Shown here: positions 37,871 to 53,382 of the stretch, piece after piece | Position numbering within the stretch: position 1 is the stretch's first letter | Layout: each line of letters begins with the position of its first letter | From: Eledone cirrhosa | Lineage: Eukaryota | Direction of reading: 5' to 3' | DNA: 64,000 bases | NCBI GenBank assembly: GCA_964016885.1 | Contig: OZ024743.1 | Coordinates: 212,040,001 to 212,104,000, forward strand | The notes under the pieces: model-generated | What the model saw: only the letters and a program-made list of their open reading frames with translations | The model's database searches: none | What the model was told of the DNA's origin: nothing | Position numbers and translations under genes: made by a program

Positions 37871-40800
37871 ATCACACCACACACAACCAATGTGTGTCTG
37901 CACATGTACCAGTAATTACAGATCGATCCGACCACGGGCGGCCGGCCCGCGATTGAAAAGGTAACCGCCGGCAAATCGTCATTTTTGTGATTCGTTTTCT
38001 TCGAAGCACACCATTCGCCGCCGGACTTCAGCTGCCTCATTTAACATGGGCAGTTTTTTTTTTAAATCACACCACACACAACCAATGTGTTTCTGCACAT
38101 GTACCAGTAATTACAGATCGATCCCACCACGAGTTCAATGTAAACTAACTTACGCTCAACGACTTTGTTGACGTTTAACACGGTTTGGTTCCACAGCCAC
38201 AACTATTGATTTTAAGGAGATATCTTGCTGAAATTCACGCCACACATAGCCAATGAGTGTCTGCACATGTACCAGTAATTACAGATCGATCCGACCAGGG
38301 GCGGCCGGCCCGCGATTGAAAAGGTAACTCCGCCGGCAAATCGTCATTTTTGGATTCGTTTTCTTGGAAGCACACCATTCGCCGGCGGACTTTGTTGACG
38401 TTTAACACGGTTTGGTTCCACAGCCACAACTATTGATTTTAAGGAGATATCTTGCTGAAATTCACGCCACACATAGCCAATGAGTGTCTGCACATGTACC
38501 AGTAATTACAGATCGATCCCACCACGGGCGGCCGGCCCACAATCGAAAAGGTTACTCCGCCTGCAAATCGTCATTTTCGGATTCGTTTTCTTCGAAGCAC
38601 ACCATTCGCCGGCGGACTTCAGCTGCCTCATTTAGCATGAGCAGTTTTTCTTGAAGATCACACCACACACAGCCAATGAGTGTCTGCACATGTACCAGTA
38701 ATTACAGATGGATCCCACCACGGGCGGCCGGCCCACAATCGAAAAGGTTACTCCGCCTGCAAATCGTCATTTTCGGATTCGTTTTCTTCGAAGCACACCA
38801 TTCGCCGGCGGACTTCAGCTGCCTCATTTAGCATGAGCAGTTTTTCTTGAAGATCACACCACACACAGCCAATGAGTGTCTGCACATGTACCAGTAATTA
38901 CAGATGGATCCCACCACGGGCGGCCGGCCCACAATCGAAAAGGTTACTCCGCCTGCAAATCGTCATTTTCGGATTCGTTTTCTTCGAAGCACACCATTCG
39001 CCGGCGGACTTCAGCTGCCTCATTTAGCATGAGCAGTTTTTCTTGAAGATCACACCACACACAGCCAATGAGTGTCTGCACATGTACCAGTAATTACAGA
39101 TGGATCCCACCACGGGCGGCCGGCCCACAATCGAAAAGGTTACTCCGCCTGCAAATCGTCATTTTCGGATTCGTTTTCTTCGAAGCACACCATTCGCCGG
39201 CGGACTTCAGCTGCCTCATTTAGCATGAGCAGTTTTTCTTGAAGATCACACCACACACAGCCAATGAGTGTCTGCACATGTACCAGTAATTACAGATGGA
39301 TCCCACCACGGGCGGCCGGCCCACAATCGAAAAGGTTACTCCGCCTGCAAATCGTCATTTTCGGATTCGTTTTCTTCGAAGCACACCATTCGCCGGCGGA
39401 CTTCAGCTGCCTCATTTAGCATGGGCAGTTTTTCTTGAAGATCACACCACACACAGCCAATGAGTGTCTGCACATGTACCAGTAATTAGAGATCGATCCG
39501 ACCACGGGCGGCCGGCCCACGATCGAGAAAAAGGTAACTCCGCCGGCAAATCGTCATTTTTGTGATCCGTTTTCTTCGAAGCACACCATTCGCCGCCGGA
39601 CTTCAGCTGCCTCATTTAGCATGGGCAGTTTTTCTTGAAGATCACACCACACACAGCCAATGAGTGTCTGCACATGTACCAGTAATTACAGATGGATCCC
39701 TCCACGGGCGGCCGGCCCACAATCGAAAAGGTTACTCCGCCTGCAAATCGTCATTTTCGGATTCGTTTTCTTCGAAGCACACCATTCGCCGGCGGACTTC
39801 AGCTGCCTCATTTAGCATGAGCAGTTTTTCTTGAAGATCACACCACACACAGCCAATGAGTGTCTGCACATGTACCAGTAATTAGAGATCGATCCGACCA
39901 CGGGCGGCCGGCCCACGATCGAGAAAAAGGTAACTCCGCCGGCAAATCGTCATTTTTGTGATCCGTTTTCTTCGAAGCACACCATTCGCCGCCGGACTTC
40001 AGCTGCCTCATTTAGCATGGGCAGTTTTTTTTGAAAATCACACCACACACAACCAATGTGTGTCTGCACATGTACCAGTAATTACAGATCGATCCGACCA
40101 CGGGCGGCCGGCCCGCGATTGAAAAGGTAACTCCGCCGGCAAATCGTCATTTTTGTGATTCGTTTTCTTCGAAGCACACCATTCGCCGCCGGACTTCAGC
40201 TGCCTCATTTAGCATGGGCAGTTTTTTTTGAAAATCACACCACACACAACCAATGTGTGTCTGCACATGTACCAGTAATTACAGATCGATCCCACCACGA
40301 GTTCAATGTAAACAAACTTACGCTCAACGACTTTGTTGACGTTTAACACGGTTTGGTTCCACAGCCACAACTATTGATTTTACGGAGATATCTTGCTGAA
40401 ATTCACGCCACACATAGCCAATGAGTGTCTGCACATGTATCAGTAATTACAGATCGATCCGACCACGGACGGCCGGCCCGCGATTGAAAAGGTAACTCCG
40501 CCGGCAAATCGTCATTTTTGGATTCGTTTTCTTCGAAGCACACCATTCGCCGGCGGACTTTGTTGACGTTTAACACGGTTTGGTTCCACAGCCACAACTA
40601 TTGATTTTAAGGAGATATCTTGCTGAAATTCACGCCACACATAGCCAATGAGTGTCTGCACATGTACCAGTAATTACAGATGGATCCCACCACGGGCGAC
40701 CGGCCCACAATCGAAAAGGTTACTCCGCCTGCAAATCGTCATTTTCGGATTCGTTTTCTTCGAAGCACACCATTCGCCGGCGGACTTCAGCTGCCTCATT

Positions 40801-43800
40801 TAGCATGAGCAGTTTTTCTTGAAGATCACACCTCACACAGCCAATGAGTGTCTGCACATGTACCAGTAATTAGAGATCGATCCGACCACGGGCGGCCGGC
40901 CCACGATCGAGAAAAAGGTAACTCCGCCGGCAAATCGTCATTTTTGTGATCCGTTTTCTTCGAAGCACACCATTCGCCGCCGGACTTCAGCTGCCTCATT
41001 TAGCATGGGCAGTTTTTTTTGAAAATCACACCACACACAACCAATGTGTGTCTGCACATGTACCAGTAATTACAGATCGATCCCACCACGGGCGGCCGGC
41101 CCACAATCGAAAAGGTTACTCCGCCTGCAAATCGTCATTTTCGGATTCGTTTTCTTCGAAGCACACCATTCGCCGGCGGACTTCAGCTGCCTCATTTAGC
41201 ATGAGCAGTTTTTCTTGAAGATCATACCACACACAGCCAATGAGTGTCTGCACATGTACCAGTAATTACAGATGGATCCCACCACGGGCGGCCGGCCCAC
41301 AATCGAAAAGGTTACTCCGCCTGCAAATCGTCATTTTCGGATTCGTTTTCTTCGAAGCACACCATTCGCCGGCGGACTTCAGCTGCCTCATTTAGCATGA
41401 GCAGTTTTTCTTGAAGATCACACCACACACAGCCAATGAGTGTCTGCACATGTACCAGTAATTACAGATGGATCCCACCACGGGCGGCCGGCCCACAATC
41501 GAAAAGGTTACTCCGCCTGCAAATCGTCATTTTCGGATTCGTTTTCTTCGAAGCACACCATTCGCCGGCGGACTTCAGCTGCCTCATTTAGCATGGGCAG
41601 TTTTTTTTGAAAATCACACCACACACAACCAATGTGTGTCTGCACATGTACCAGTAATTACAGATCGATCCGACCACAGCAGCCGGCCCGCGATTAAAAA
41701 GGTAACTCCGCCGGCAAATCGTCATTTTTGTGATTCGTTTTCTTCGAAGCACACCATTCGCCGCCGGACTTCAGCTGCCTCATTTAGCATGGGCAGTTTT
41801 TTTTGAAAATCACACCACACACAACCAATGTGTGTCTGCACATGTACCAGTAATTACAGATGGATCCCACCACGGGCGGCCGGCCCACAATCGAAAAGGT
41901 TACTCCGCCTGCAAATCGTCATTTTCGGATTCGTTTTCTTCGAAGCACACCATTCGCCGGCGGACTTCAGCTGCCTCATTTAGCATGGGCAGTTTTTCTT
42001 GAAGATCACACCACACACAGCCAATGAGTGTCTGCACATGTACCAGTAATTAGAGATCGATCCGACCACGGGCGGCCGGCCCACGATCGAGAAAAAGGTA
42101 ACTCCGCCGGCAAATCGTCATTTTTGTGATCCGTTTTCTTCGAAGCACACCATTCGCCGCCGGACTTCAGCTGCCTCATTTAGCATGGGCAGTTTTTTTT
42201 GAAAATCACACCACACACAACCAATGTGTGTCTGCACATGTACCAGTAATTACAGATCGATCCCACCACGGGCGGCCGGCCCACAATCGAAAAGGTTACT
42301 CCGCCTGCAAATCGTCATTTTCGGATTCGTTTTCTTCGAAGCACACCATTCGCCGGCGGACTTCAGCTGCCTCATTTAGCATGAGCAGTTTTTCTTGAAG
42401 ATCATACCACACACAGCCAATGAGTGTCTGCACATGTACCAGTAATTACAGATGGATCCCACCACGGGCGGCCGGCCCACAATCGAAAAGGTTACTCCGC
42501 CTGCAAATCGTCATTTTCGGATTCGTTTTCTTCGAAGCACACCATTCGCCGGCGGACTTCAGCTGCCTCATTTAGCATGAGCAGTTTTTCTTGAAGATCA
42601 CACCACACACAGCCAATGAGTGTCTGCACATGTACCAGTAATTACAGATGGATCCCACCACGGGCGGCCGGCCCACAATCGAAAAGGTTACTCCGCCTGC
42701 AAATCGTCATTTTCGGATTCGTTTTCTTCGAAGCACACCATTCGCCGGCGGACTTCAGCTGCCTCATTTAGCATGGGCAGTTTTTCTTGAAGATCACACC
42801 ACACACAGCCAATGAGTGTCTGCACATGTACCAGTAACTACAGATGGATCCCACCACGGGCGGCCGGCCCACAATCGAAAAGGTTACTCCGCCTGCAAAT
42901 CGTCATTTTCGGATTCGTTTTCTTCGAAGCACACCATTCGCCGGCGGACTTCAGCTGCCTCATTTAGCATGGGCAGTCTTTCTTGAAGATCACACCACAC
43001 ACAGCCAATGAGTGTCTGCACATGTACCAGTAATTAGAGATCGATCCGACCACGGGCGGCCGGCCCACGATCGAGAAAATGGTAACTCCGCCGGCAAATC
43101 GTCATTTTTGTGATCCGTTTTCTTCGAAGCACACCATTCGCCGCCGGACTTCAGCTGCCTCATTTAGCATGGGCAGTTTTTTTTGAAAATCACACCACAC
43201 ACAACCAATGTGTGTCTGCACATGTACCAGTAATTACAGATCGATCCCACCACGGGCGGCCGGCCCACAATCGAAAAGGTTACTCCGCCTGCAAATCGTC
43301 ATTTTCGGATTCGTTTTCTTCGAAGCACACCATTCGCCGGCGGACTTCAGCTGCCTCATTTAGCATGGGCAGTTTTTCTTGAAGATCACACCACACACAG
43401 CCAATGAGTGTCTGCACATGTACCAGTAATTAGAGATCGATCCGACCACGGGCGGCCGGCCCACGATCGAGAAAAAGGTAACTCCGCCGGCAAATCGTCA
43501 TTTTTGTGATCCGTTTTCTTCGAAGCACACCATTCGCCGCCGGACTTCAGCTGCCTCATTTAGCATGGGCAGTTTTTTTTGAAAATCACACCACACACAA
43601 CCAATGTATGTCTGCACATGTACCAGTAATTACAGATCGATCCGACCACGGGCGGCCGGCCCGCGATTGAAAAGGTAACTCCGCCGGCAAATCGTCATTT
43701 TTGTGATTCGTTTTCTTCGAAGCACACCATTCGCCGCCGGACTTCAGCTGCCTCATTTAGCATGGGCAGTTTTTTTTGAAAATCACACCACACACAACCA

Positions 43801-46800
43801 ATGTGTGTCTGCACATGTACCAGTAATTACAGATCGATCCCACCACGAGTTCAATGTAAACAAACTTACGCTCAACGACTTTGTTGACGTTTAACACGGT
43901 TTGGTTCCACAGCCACAAATATTGATTTTACGGAGATATCTTGCTGAAATTCACGCCACACATAGCCAATGAGTGTCTGCACATGTACCAGTAATTACAG
44001 ATCGATCTGACCAGGGGCGGCCGGCCCGCGATTGAAAAGGTAACTCCGCCGGCAAATCGTCATTTTTGTGATTCGTTTTCTTCGAAGCACACCATTCGCC
44101 GGCGGACTTTGTTGACGTTTAACACGGTTTGGTTCCACAGCCACAACTATTGATTTTAAGGAGATATCTTGCTGAAATTCACGCCACACATAGCCAATGA
44201 GTGTCTGCACATGTACCAGTAATTACAGATCGATCCGACCACGGACGGCCGGCCCGCGATTGAAAAGGTAACTCCGCCGGCAAATCGTCATTTTTGGATT
44301 CGTTTTCTTCGAAGCACACCATTCGCCGGCGGACTTTGTTGACGTTTAACACGGTTTGGTTCCACAGCCACAACTATTGATTTTACGGAGATATCTTGCT
44401 GAAATTCACGCCACACATAGCCAATGAGTGTCTGCACATGTACCAGTAATTACAGATGGATCCCACCACGGGCGGCCGGCCCACAATCGAAAAGGTTACT
44501 CCGCCTGCAAATCGTCATTTTCGGATTCGTTTTCTTCGAAGCACACCATTCGCCGGCGGACTTCAGCTGCCTCATTTAGCATGGGCAGTTTTTCTTGAAG
44601 ATCACACCACACACAGCCAATGAGTGTCTGCACATGTACCAGTAATTACAGATGGATCCCACCACGGGCGGCCGGCCCACAATCGAAAAGGTTACTCCGC
44701 CTGCAAATCGTCATTTTCGGATTCGTTTTCTTCGAAGCACACCATTCGCCGGCGGACTTCAGCTGCCTCATTTAGCATGGGCAGTTTTTCTTGAAGATCA
44801 CACCACACACAGCCAATGAGTGTCTGCACATGTACCAGTAATTAGAGATCGATCCGACCACGGGCGGCCGGCCCACGATCGAGAAAAAGGTAACTCCGCC
44901 GGCAAATCGTCATTTTTGTGATCCGTTTTCTTCGAAGCACACCATTCGCCGCCGGACTTCAGCTGCCTCATTTAGCATGGGCAGTTTTTTTTGAAAATCA
45001 CACCACACACAACCAATGTGTGTCTGCACATGTACCAGTAATTACAGATCGATCCGACCACAGCAGCCGGCCCGCGATTGAAAAGGTAACTCCGCCGGCA
45101 AATCGTCATTTTTGTGATTCGTTTTCTTCGAAGCACACCATTCGCCGCCGGACTTCAGCTGCCTCATTTAGCATGGGCAGTTTTTTTTGAAAATCACACC
45201 ACACACAACCAATGTGTGTCTGCACATGTACCAGTAATTACAGATCGATCCCACCACGGGCGGCCGGCCCACAATCGAAAAGGTTACTCCGCCTGCAAAT
45301 CGTCATTTTCGGATTCGTTTTCTTCGAAGCACACCATTCGCCGGCGGACTTCAGCTGCCTCATTTAGCATGGGCAGTTTTTCTTGAAGATCACACCACAC
45401 ACAGCCAATGAGTGTCTGCACATGTACCAGTAATTAGAGATCGATCCGACCACGGGCGGCCGGCCCACGATCGAGAAAAAGGTAACTCCGCCGGCAAATC
45501 GTCATTTTTGTGATCCGTTTTCTTCGAAGCACACCATTCGCCGCCGGACTTCAGCTGCCTCATTTAGCATGGGCAGTTTTTTTTGAAAATCACACCACAC
45601 ACAACCAATGTGTGTCTGCACATGTACCAGTAATTACAGATCGATCCGACCACGGGCGGCCGGCCCGCGATTGAAAAGGTAACTCCGCCAGCAAATCGTC
45701 ATTTTTGTGATTCGTTTTCTTCGAAGCACACCATTCGCCGCCGGACTTCAGCTGCCTCATTTAACATGGGCAGTTTTTTTTGTAAATCACACCACACACA
45801 ACCAATGTGTTTCTGCACATGTACCAGTAATTACAGATCGATCCCACCACGAGTTCAATGTAAACTAACTTACGCTCAACGACTTTGTTGACGTTTAACA
45901 CGGTTTGGTTCCACAGCCACAACTATTGATTTTAAGGAGATATCTTGCTGAAATTCACGCCACGCATAGCCAATGAGTGTCTGCACATGTACCAGTAATT
46001 ACAGATCGATCCCACCACGGGCGGCCGGCCCACAATCGAAAAGGTTACTCCGCCTGCAAATCGTCATTTTCGGATTCGTTTTCTTCGAAGCACACCATTC
46101 GCCGGCGGACTTCAGCTGCCTCATTTAGCATGAGCAGTTTTTCTTGAAGATCACACCACACACAGCCAATGAGTGTCTGCACATGTACCAGTAATTACAG
46201 ATGGATCCCACCACGGGCGGCCGGCCCACAATCGAAAAGGTTACTCCGCCTGCAAATCGTCATTTTCGGATTCGTTTTCTTCGAAGCACACCATTCGCCG
46301 GCGGACTTCAGCTGCCTCATTTAGCATGAGCAGTTTTTCTTGAAGATCACACCACACACAGCCAATGAGTGTCTGCACATGTACCAGTAATTACAGATGG
46401 ATCCCACCACGGGCGGCCGGCCCACAATCGAAAAGGTTACTCCGCCTGCAAATCGTCATTTTCGGATTCGTTTTCTTCGAAGCACACCATTCGCCGGCGG
46501 ACTTCAGCTGCCTCATTTAGCATGAGCAGATTTTCTTGAGGATCACACCACACACAGCCAATGAGTGTCTGCACATGTACCAGTAATTACAGATGGATCC
46601 CACCACGGGCGGCCGGCCCACAATCGAAAAGGTTACTCCGCCTGCAAATCGTCATTTTCGGATTCGTTTTCTTCGAAGCACACCATTCGCCGGCGGACTT
46701 CAGCTGCCTCATTTAGCATGAGCAGTTTTTCTTGAAGATCACACCACACACAGCCAATGAGTGTCTGCACATGTACCAGTAATTACAGATGGATCCCACC

Positions 46801-49800
46801 ACGGGCGGCCGGCCCACAATCGAAAAGGTTACTCCGCCTGCAAATCGTCATTTTCGGATTCGTTTTCTTCGAAGCACACCATTCGCCGGCGGACTTCAGC
46901 TGCCTCATTTAGCATGGGCAGTTTTTCTTGAAGATCACACCACACACAGCCAATGAGTGTCTGCACATGTACCAGTAATTAGAGATCGATCCGACCACGG
47001 GCGGCCGGCCCACGATCGAGAAAAAGGTAACTCCGCCGGCAAATCGTCATTTTTGTGATCCGTTTTCTTCGAAGCACACCATTCGCCGCCGGACTTCAGC
47101 TGCCTCATTTAGCATGGGCAGTTTTTCTTGAAGATCACACCACACACAGCCAATGAGTGTCTGCACATGTACCAGTAATTACAGATGGATCCCTCCACGG
47201 GCGGCCGGCCCACAATCGAAAAGGTTACTCCGCCTGCAAATCGTCATTTTCGGATTCGTTTTCTTCGAAGCACACCATTCGCCGGCGGACTTCAGCTGCC
47301 TCATTTAGCATGAGCAGTTTTTCTTGAAGATCACACCACACACAGCCAATGAGTGTCTGCACATGTACCAGTAATTACAGATGGATCCCACCACGGGCGG
47401 CCGGCCCACAATCGAAAAGGTTACTCCGCCTGCAAATCGTCATTTTCGGATTCGTTTTCTTCGAAGCACACCATTCGCCGGCGGACTTCAGCTGCCTCAT
47501 TTAGCATGGGCAGTTTTTCTTGAAGATCACACCACACACAGCCAATGAGTGTCTGCACATGTACCAGTAATTACAGATGGATCCCACCACGGGCGGCCGG
47601 CCCACAATCGAAAAGGTTACTCCGCCTGCAAATCGTCATTTTCGGATTCGTTTTCTTCGAAGCACACCATTCGCCGGCGGACTTCAGCTGCCTCATTTAG
47701 CATGGGCAGTTTTTCTTGAAGATCACACCACACACAGCCAATGAGTGTCTGCACATGTACCAGTAATTAGAGATCGATCCGACCACGGGCGGCCGGCCCA
47801 CGATCGAGAAAAAGGTAACTCCGCCGGCAAATCGTCATTTTTGTGATCCGTTTTCTTCGAAGCACACCATTCGCCGCCGGACTTCAGCTGCCTCATTTAG
47901 CATGGGCAGTTTTTTTTGAAAATCACACCACACACAACCAATGTATGTCTGCACATGTACCAGTAATTACAGATCGATCCGACCACGGGCGGCCGGCCCG
48001 CGATTGAAAAGGTAACTCCGCCGGCAAATCGTCATTTTTGTGATTCGTTTTCTTCGAAGCACACCATTCGCCGCCGGACTTCAGCTGCCTCATTTAGCAT
48101 GGGCAGTTTTTTTTGAAAATCACACCACACACAACCAATGTGTGTCTGCACATGTACCAGTAATTACAGATCGATCCCACCACGAGTTCAATGTAAACAA
48201 ACTTACGCTCAACGACTTTGTTGACGTTTAACACGGTTTGGTTCCACAGCCACAAATATTGATTTTACGGAGATATCTTGCTGAAATTCACGCCACACAT
48301 AGCCAATGAGTGTCTGCACATGTACCAGTAATTACAGATGGATCCCACCACGGGCGGCCGGCCCACAATCGAAAAGGTTACTCCGCCTGCAAATCGTCAT
48401 TTTCGGATTCGTTTTCTTCGAAGCACACCATTCGCCGGCGGACTTCAGCTGCCTCATTTAGCATGGGCAGTTTTTTTTGAAGATCACACCACACACAGCC
48501 AATGAGTGTCTGCACATGTACCAGTAATTAGAGATCGATCCGACCACGGGCGGCCGGCCCACGATCGAGAAAAAGGTAACTCCGCCGGCAAATCGTCATT
48601 TTTGTGATCCGTTTTCTTCGAAGCACACCATTCGCCGCCGGACTTCAGCTGCCTCATTTAGCATGGGCAGTTTTTTTTGAAAATCACACCACACACAACC
48701 AATGTGTGTCTGCACATGTACCAGTAATTACAGATCGATCCGACCACAGCAGCCGGCCCGCGATTGAAAAGGTAACTCCGCCGGCAAATCGTCATTTTTG
48801 TGATTCGTTTTCTTCGAAGCACACCATTCGCCGCCGGACTTCAGCTGCCTCATTTAGCATGGGCAGTTTTTTTTGAAAATCACACCACACACAACCAATG
48901 TGTGTCTGCACATGTACCAGTAATTACAGATCGATCCCACCACGGGCGGCCGGCCCACAATCGAAAAGGTTACTCCGCCTGCAAATCGTCATTTTCGGAT
49001 TCGTTTTCTTCGAAGCACACCATTCGCCGGCGGACTTCAGCTGCCTCATTTAGCATGGGCAGTTTTTCTTGAAGATCACACCACACACAGCCAATGAGTG
49101 TCTGCACATGTACCAGTAATTAGAGATCGATCCGACCACGGGCGGCCGGCCCACGATCGAGAAAAAGGTAACTCCGCCGGCAAATCGTCATTTTTGTGAT
49201 CCGTTTTCTTCGAAGCACACCATTCGCCGCCGGACTTCAGCTGCCTCATTTAGCATGGGCAGTTTTTTTTGAAAATCACACCACACACAACCAATGTGTG
49301 TCTGCACATGTACCAGTAATTACAGATGGATCCCACCACGGGCGGCCGGCCCACAATCGAAAAGGTTACTCCGCCTGCAAATCGTCATTTTCGGATTCGT
49401 TTTCTTCGAAGCACACCATTCGCCGGCGGACTTCAGCTGCCTCATTTAGCATGAGCAGTTTTTCTTGAAGATCATACCACACACAGCCAATGAGTGTCTG
49501 CACATGTACCAGTAATTACAGATGGATCCCACCACGGGCGGCCGGCCCACAATCGAAAAGGTTACTCCGCCTGCAAATCGTCATTTTCGGATTCGTTTTC
49601 TTCGAAGCACACCATTCGCCGGCGGACTTCAGCTGCCTCATTTAGCATGGGCAGTTTTTCTTGAAGATCACACCACACACAGCCAATGAGTGTCTGCACA
49701 TGTACCAGTAATTACAGATGGATCCCACCACGGGCGGCCGGCCCACAATCGAAAAGGTTACTCCGCCTGCAAATCGTCATTTTCGGATTCGTTTTCTTCG

Positions 49801-52800
49801 AAGCACACCATTCGCCGGCGGACTTCAGCTGCCTCATTTAGCATGGGCAGTTTTTCTTGAAGATCACACCACACACAGCCAATGAGTGTCTGCACATGTA
49901 CCAGTAATTAGAGATCGATCCGACCACGGGCGGCCGGCCCACGATCGAGAAAAAGGTAACTCCGCCGGCAAATCGTCATTTTTGTGATCCGTTTTCTTCG
50001 AAGCACACCATTCGCCGCCGGACTTCAGCTGCCTCATTTAGCATGGGCAGTTTTTTTTGAAAATCACACCACACACAACCAATGTGTGTCTGCACATGTA
50101 CCAGTAATTACAGATCGATCCGACCACAGCAGCCGGCCCGCGATTGAAAAGGTAACTCCGCCGGCAAATCGTCATTTTTGTGATTCGTTTTCTTCGAAGC
50201 ACACCATTCGCCGCCGGACTTCAGCTGCCTCATTTAGCATGGGCAGTTTTTTTTGAAAATCACACCACACACAACCAATGTGTGTCTGCACATGTACCAG
50301 TAATTACAGATCGATCCCACCACGGGCGGCCGGCCCACAATCGAAAAGGTTACTCCGCCTGCAAATCGTCATTTTCGGATTCGTTTTCTTCGAAGCACAC
50401 CATTCGCCGGTGGACTTCAGCTGCCTCATTTAGCATGGGCAGTTTTTCTTGAAGATCACACCACACACAGCCAATGAGTGTCTGCACATGTACCAGTAAT
50501 TAGAGATCGATCCGACCACGGGCGGCCGGCCCACGATCGAGAAAAAGGTAACTCCGCCGGCAAATCGTCATTTTTGTGATCCGTTTTCTTCGAAGCACAC
50601 CATTCGCCGCCGGACTTCAGCTGCCTCATTTAGCATGGGCAGTTTTTTTTGAAAATCACACCACACACAACCAATGTGTGTCTGCACATGTACCAGTAAT
50701 TACAGATCGATCCCACCACGAGTTCAATGTAAACTAACTTACGCTCAACGACTTTGTTGACGTTTAACACGGTTTGGTTCCACAGCCACAACTATTGATT
50801 TTAAGGAGATATCTTGCTGAAATTCACGCCACACATAGCCAATGAGTGTCTGCACATGTACCAGTAATTACAGATCGATCCCACCACGGGCGGCCGGCCC
50901 ACAATCAAAAAGGTTACTCCGCCTGCAAATCGTCATTTTCGGATTCGTTTTCTTCGAAGCACACCATTCGCCGGCGGACTTCAGCTGCCTCATTTAGCAT
51001 GAGCAGTTTTTCTTGAAGATCACACCACACACAGCCAATGAGTGTCTGCACATGTACCAGTAATTACAGATGGATCCCACCACGGGCGGCCGGCCCACAA
51101 TCGAAAAGGTTACTCCGCCTGCAAATCGTCATTTTCGGATTCGTTTTCTTCGAAGCACACCATTCGCCGGCGGACTTCAGCTGCCTCATTTAGCATGAGC
51201 AGATTTTCTTGAGGATCACACCACACACAGCCAATGAGTGTCTGCACATGTACCAGTAATTACAGATGGATCCCACCACGGGCGGCCGGCCCACAATCGA
51301 AAAGGTTACTCCGCCTGCAAATCGTCATTTTCGGATTCGTTTTCTTCGAAGCACACCATTCGCCGGCGGACTTCAGCTGCCTCATTTAGCATGAGCAGTT
51401 TTTCTTGAAGATCACACCACACACAGCCAATGAGTGTCTGCACATGTACCAGTAATTACAGATGGATCCCACCACGGGCGGCCGGCCCACAATCGAAAAG
51501 GTTACTCCGCCTGCAAATCGTCATTTTCGGATTCGTTTTCTTCGAAGCACACCATTCGCCGGCGGACTTCAGCTGCCTCATTTAGCATGGGCAGTTTTTC
51601 TTGAAGATCACACCACACACAGCCAATGAGTGTCTGCACATGTACCAGTAATTAGAGATCGATCCGACCACGGGCGGCCGGCCCACGATCGAGAAAAAGG
51701 TAACTCCGCCGGCAAATCGTCATTTTTGTGATCCGTTTTCTTCGAAGCACACCATTCGCCGCCGGACTTCAGCTGCCTCATTTAGCATGGGCAGTTTTTC
51801 TTGAAGATCACACCACACACAGCCAATGAGTGTCTGCACATGTACCAGTAATTACAGATGGATCCCTCCACGGGCGGCCGGCCCACAATCGAAAAGGTTA
51901 CTCCGCCTGCAAATCGTCATTTTCGGATTCGTTTTCTTCGAAGCACACCATTCGCCGGCGGACTTCAGCTGCCTCATTTAGCATGAGCAGTTTTTCTTGA
52001 AGATCACACCACACACAGCCAATGAGTGTCTGCACATGTACCAGTAATTACAGATGGATCCCACCACGGGCGGCCGGCCCACAATCGAAAAGGTTACTCC
52101 GCCTGCAAATCGTCATTTTCGGATTCGTTTTCTTCGAAGCACACCATTCGCCGGCGGACTTCAGCTGCCTCATTTAGCATGGGCAGTTTTTCTTGAAGAT
52201 GACACCACACACAGCCAATGAGTGTCTGCACATGTACCAGTAATTACAGATGGATCCCACCACGGGCGGCCGGCCCACAATCGAAAAGGTTACTCCGCCT
52301 GCAAATCGTCATTTTCGGATTCGTTTTCTTCGAAGCACACCATTCGCCGGCGGACTTCAGCTGCCTCATTTAGCATGGGCAGTTTTTCTTGAAGATCACA
52401 CCACACACAGCCAATGAGTGTCTGCACATGTACCAGTAATTAGAGATCGATCCGACCACGGGCGGCCGGCCCACGATCGAGAAAAAGGTAACTCCGCCGG
52501 CAAATCGTCATTTTTGTGATCCGTTTTCTTCGAAGCACACCATTCGCCGCCGGACTTCAGCTGCCTCATTTAGCATGGGCAGTTTTTTTTGAAAATCACA
52601 CCACACACAACCAATGTGTGTCTGCACATGTACCAGTAATTACAGATCGATCCGACCACGGGCGGCCGGCCCGCGATTGAAAAGGTAACTCCGCCGGCAA
52701 ATCGTCATTTTTGTGATTCGTTTTCTTCGAAGCACACCATTCGCCGCCGGACTTCAGCTGCCTCATTTAGCATGGGCAGTTTTTTTTGAAAATCACACCA

Positions 52801-53382
52801 CACACAACCAATGTGTGTCTGCACATGTACCAGTAATTACAGATCGATCCCACCACGAGTTCAATGTAAACAAACTTACGCTCAACGACTTTGTTGACGT
52901 TTAACACGGTTTGGTTCCACAGCCACAACTATTGATTTTACGGAGATATCTTGCTGAAATTCACGCCACACATAGCCAATGAGTGTCTGCACATGTATCA
53001 GTAATTACAGATCGATCCGACCACGGACGGCCGGCCCGCGATTGAAAAGGTAACTCCGCCGGCAAATCGTCATTTTTGGATTCGTTTTCTTCGAAGCACA
53101 CCATTCGCCGGCGGACTTTGTTGACGTTTAACACGGTTTGGTTCCACAGCCACAACTATTGATTTTAAGGAGATATCTTGCTGAAATTCACGCCACACAT
53201 AGCCAATGAGTGTCTGCACATGTACCAGTAATTACAGATGGATCCCACCACGGGCGGCCGGCCCACAATCGAAAAGGTTACTCCGCCTGCAAATCGTCAT
53301 TTTCGGATTCGTTTTCTTCGAAGCACACCATTCGCCGGCGGACTTCAGCTGCCTCATTTAGCATGAGCAGTTTTTCTTGAAG

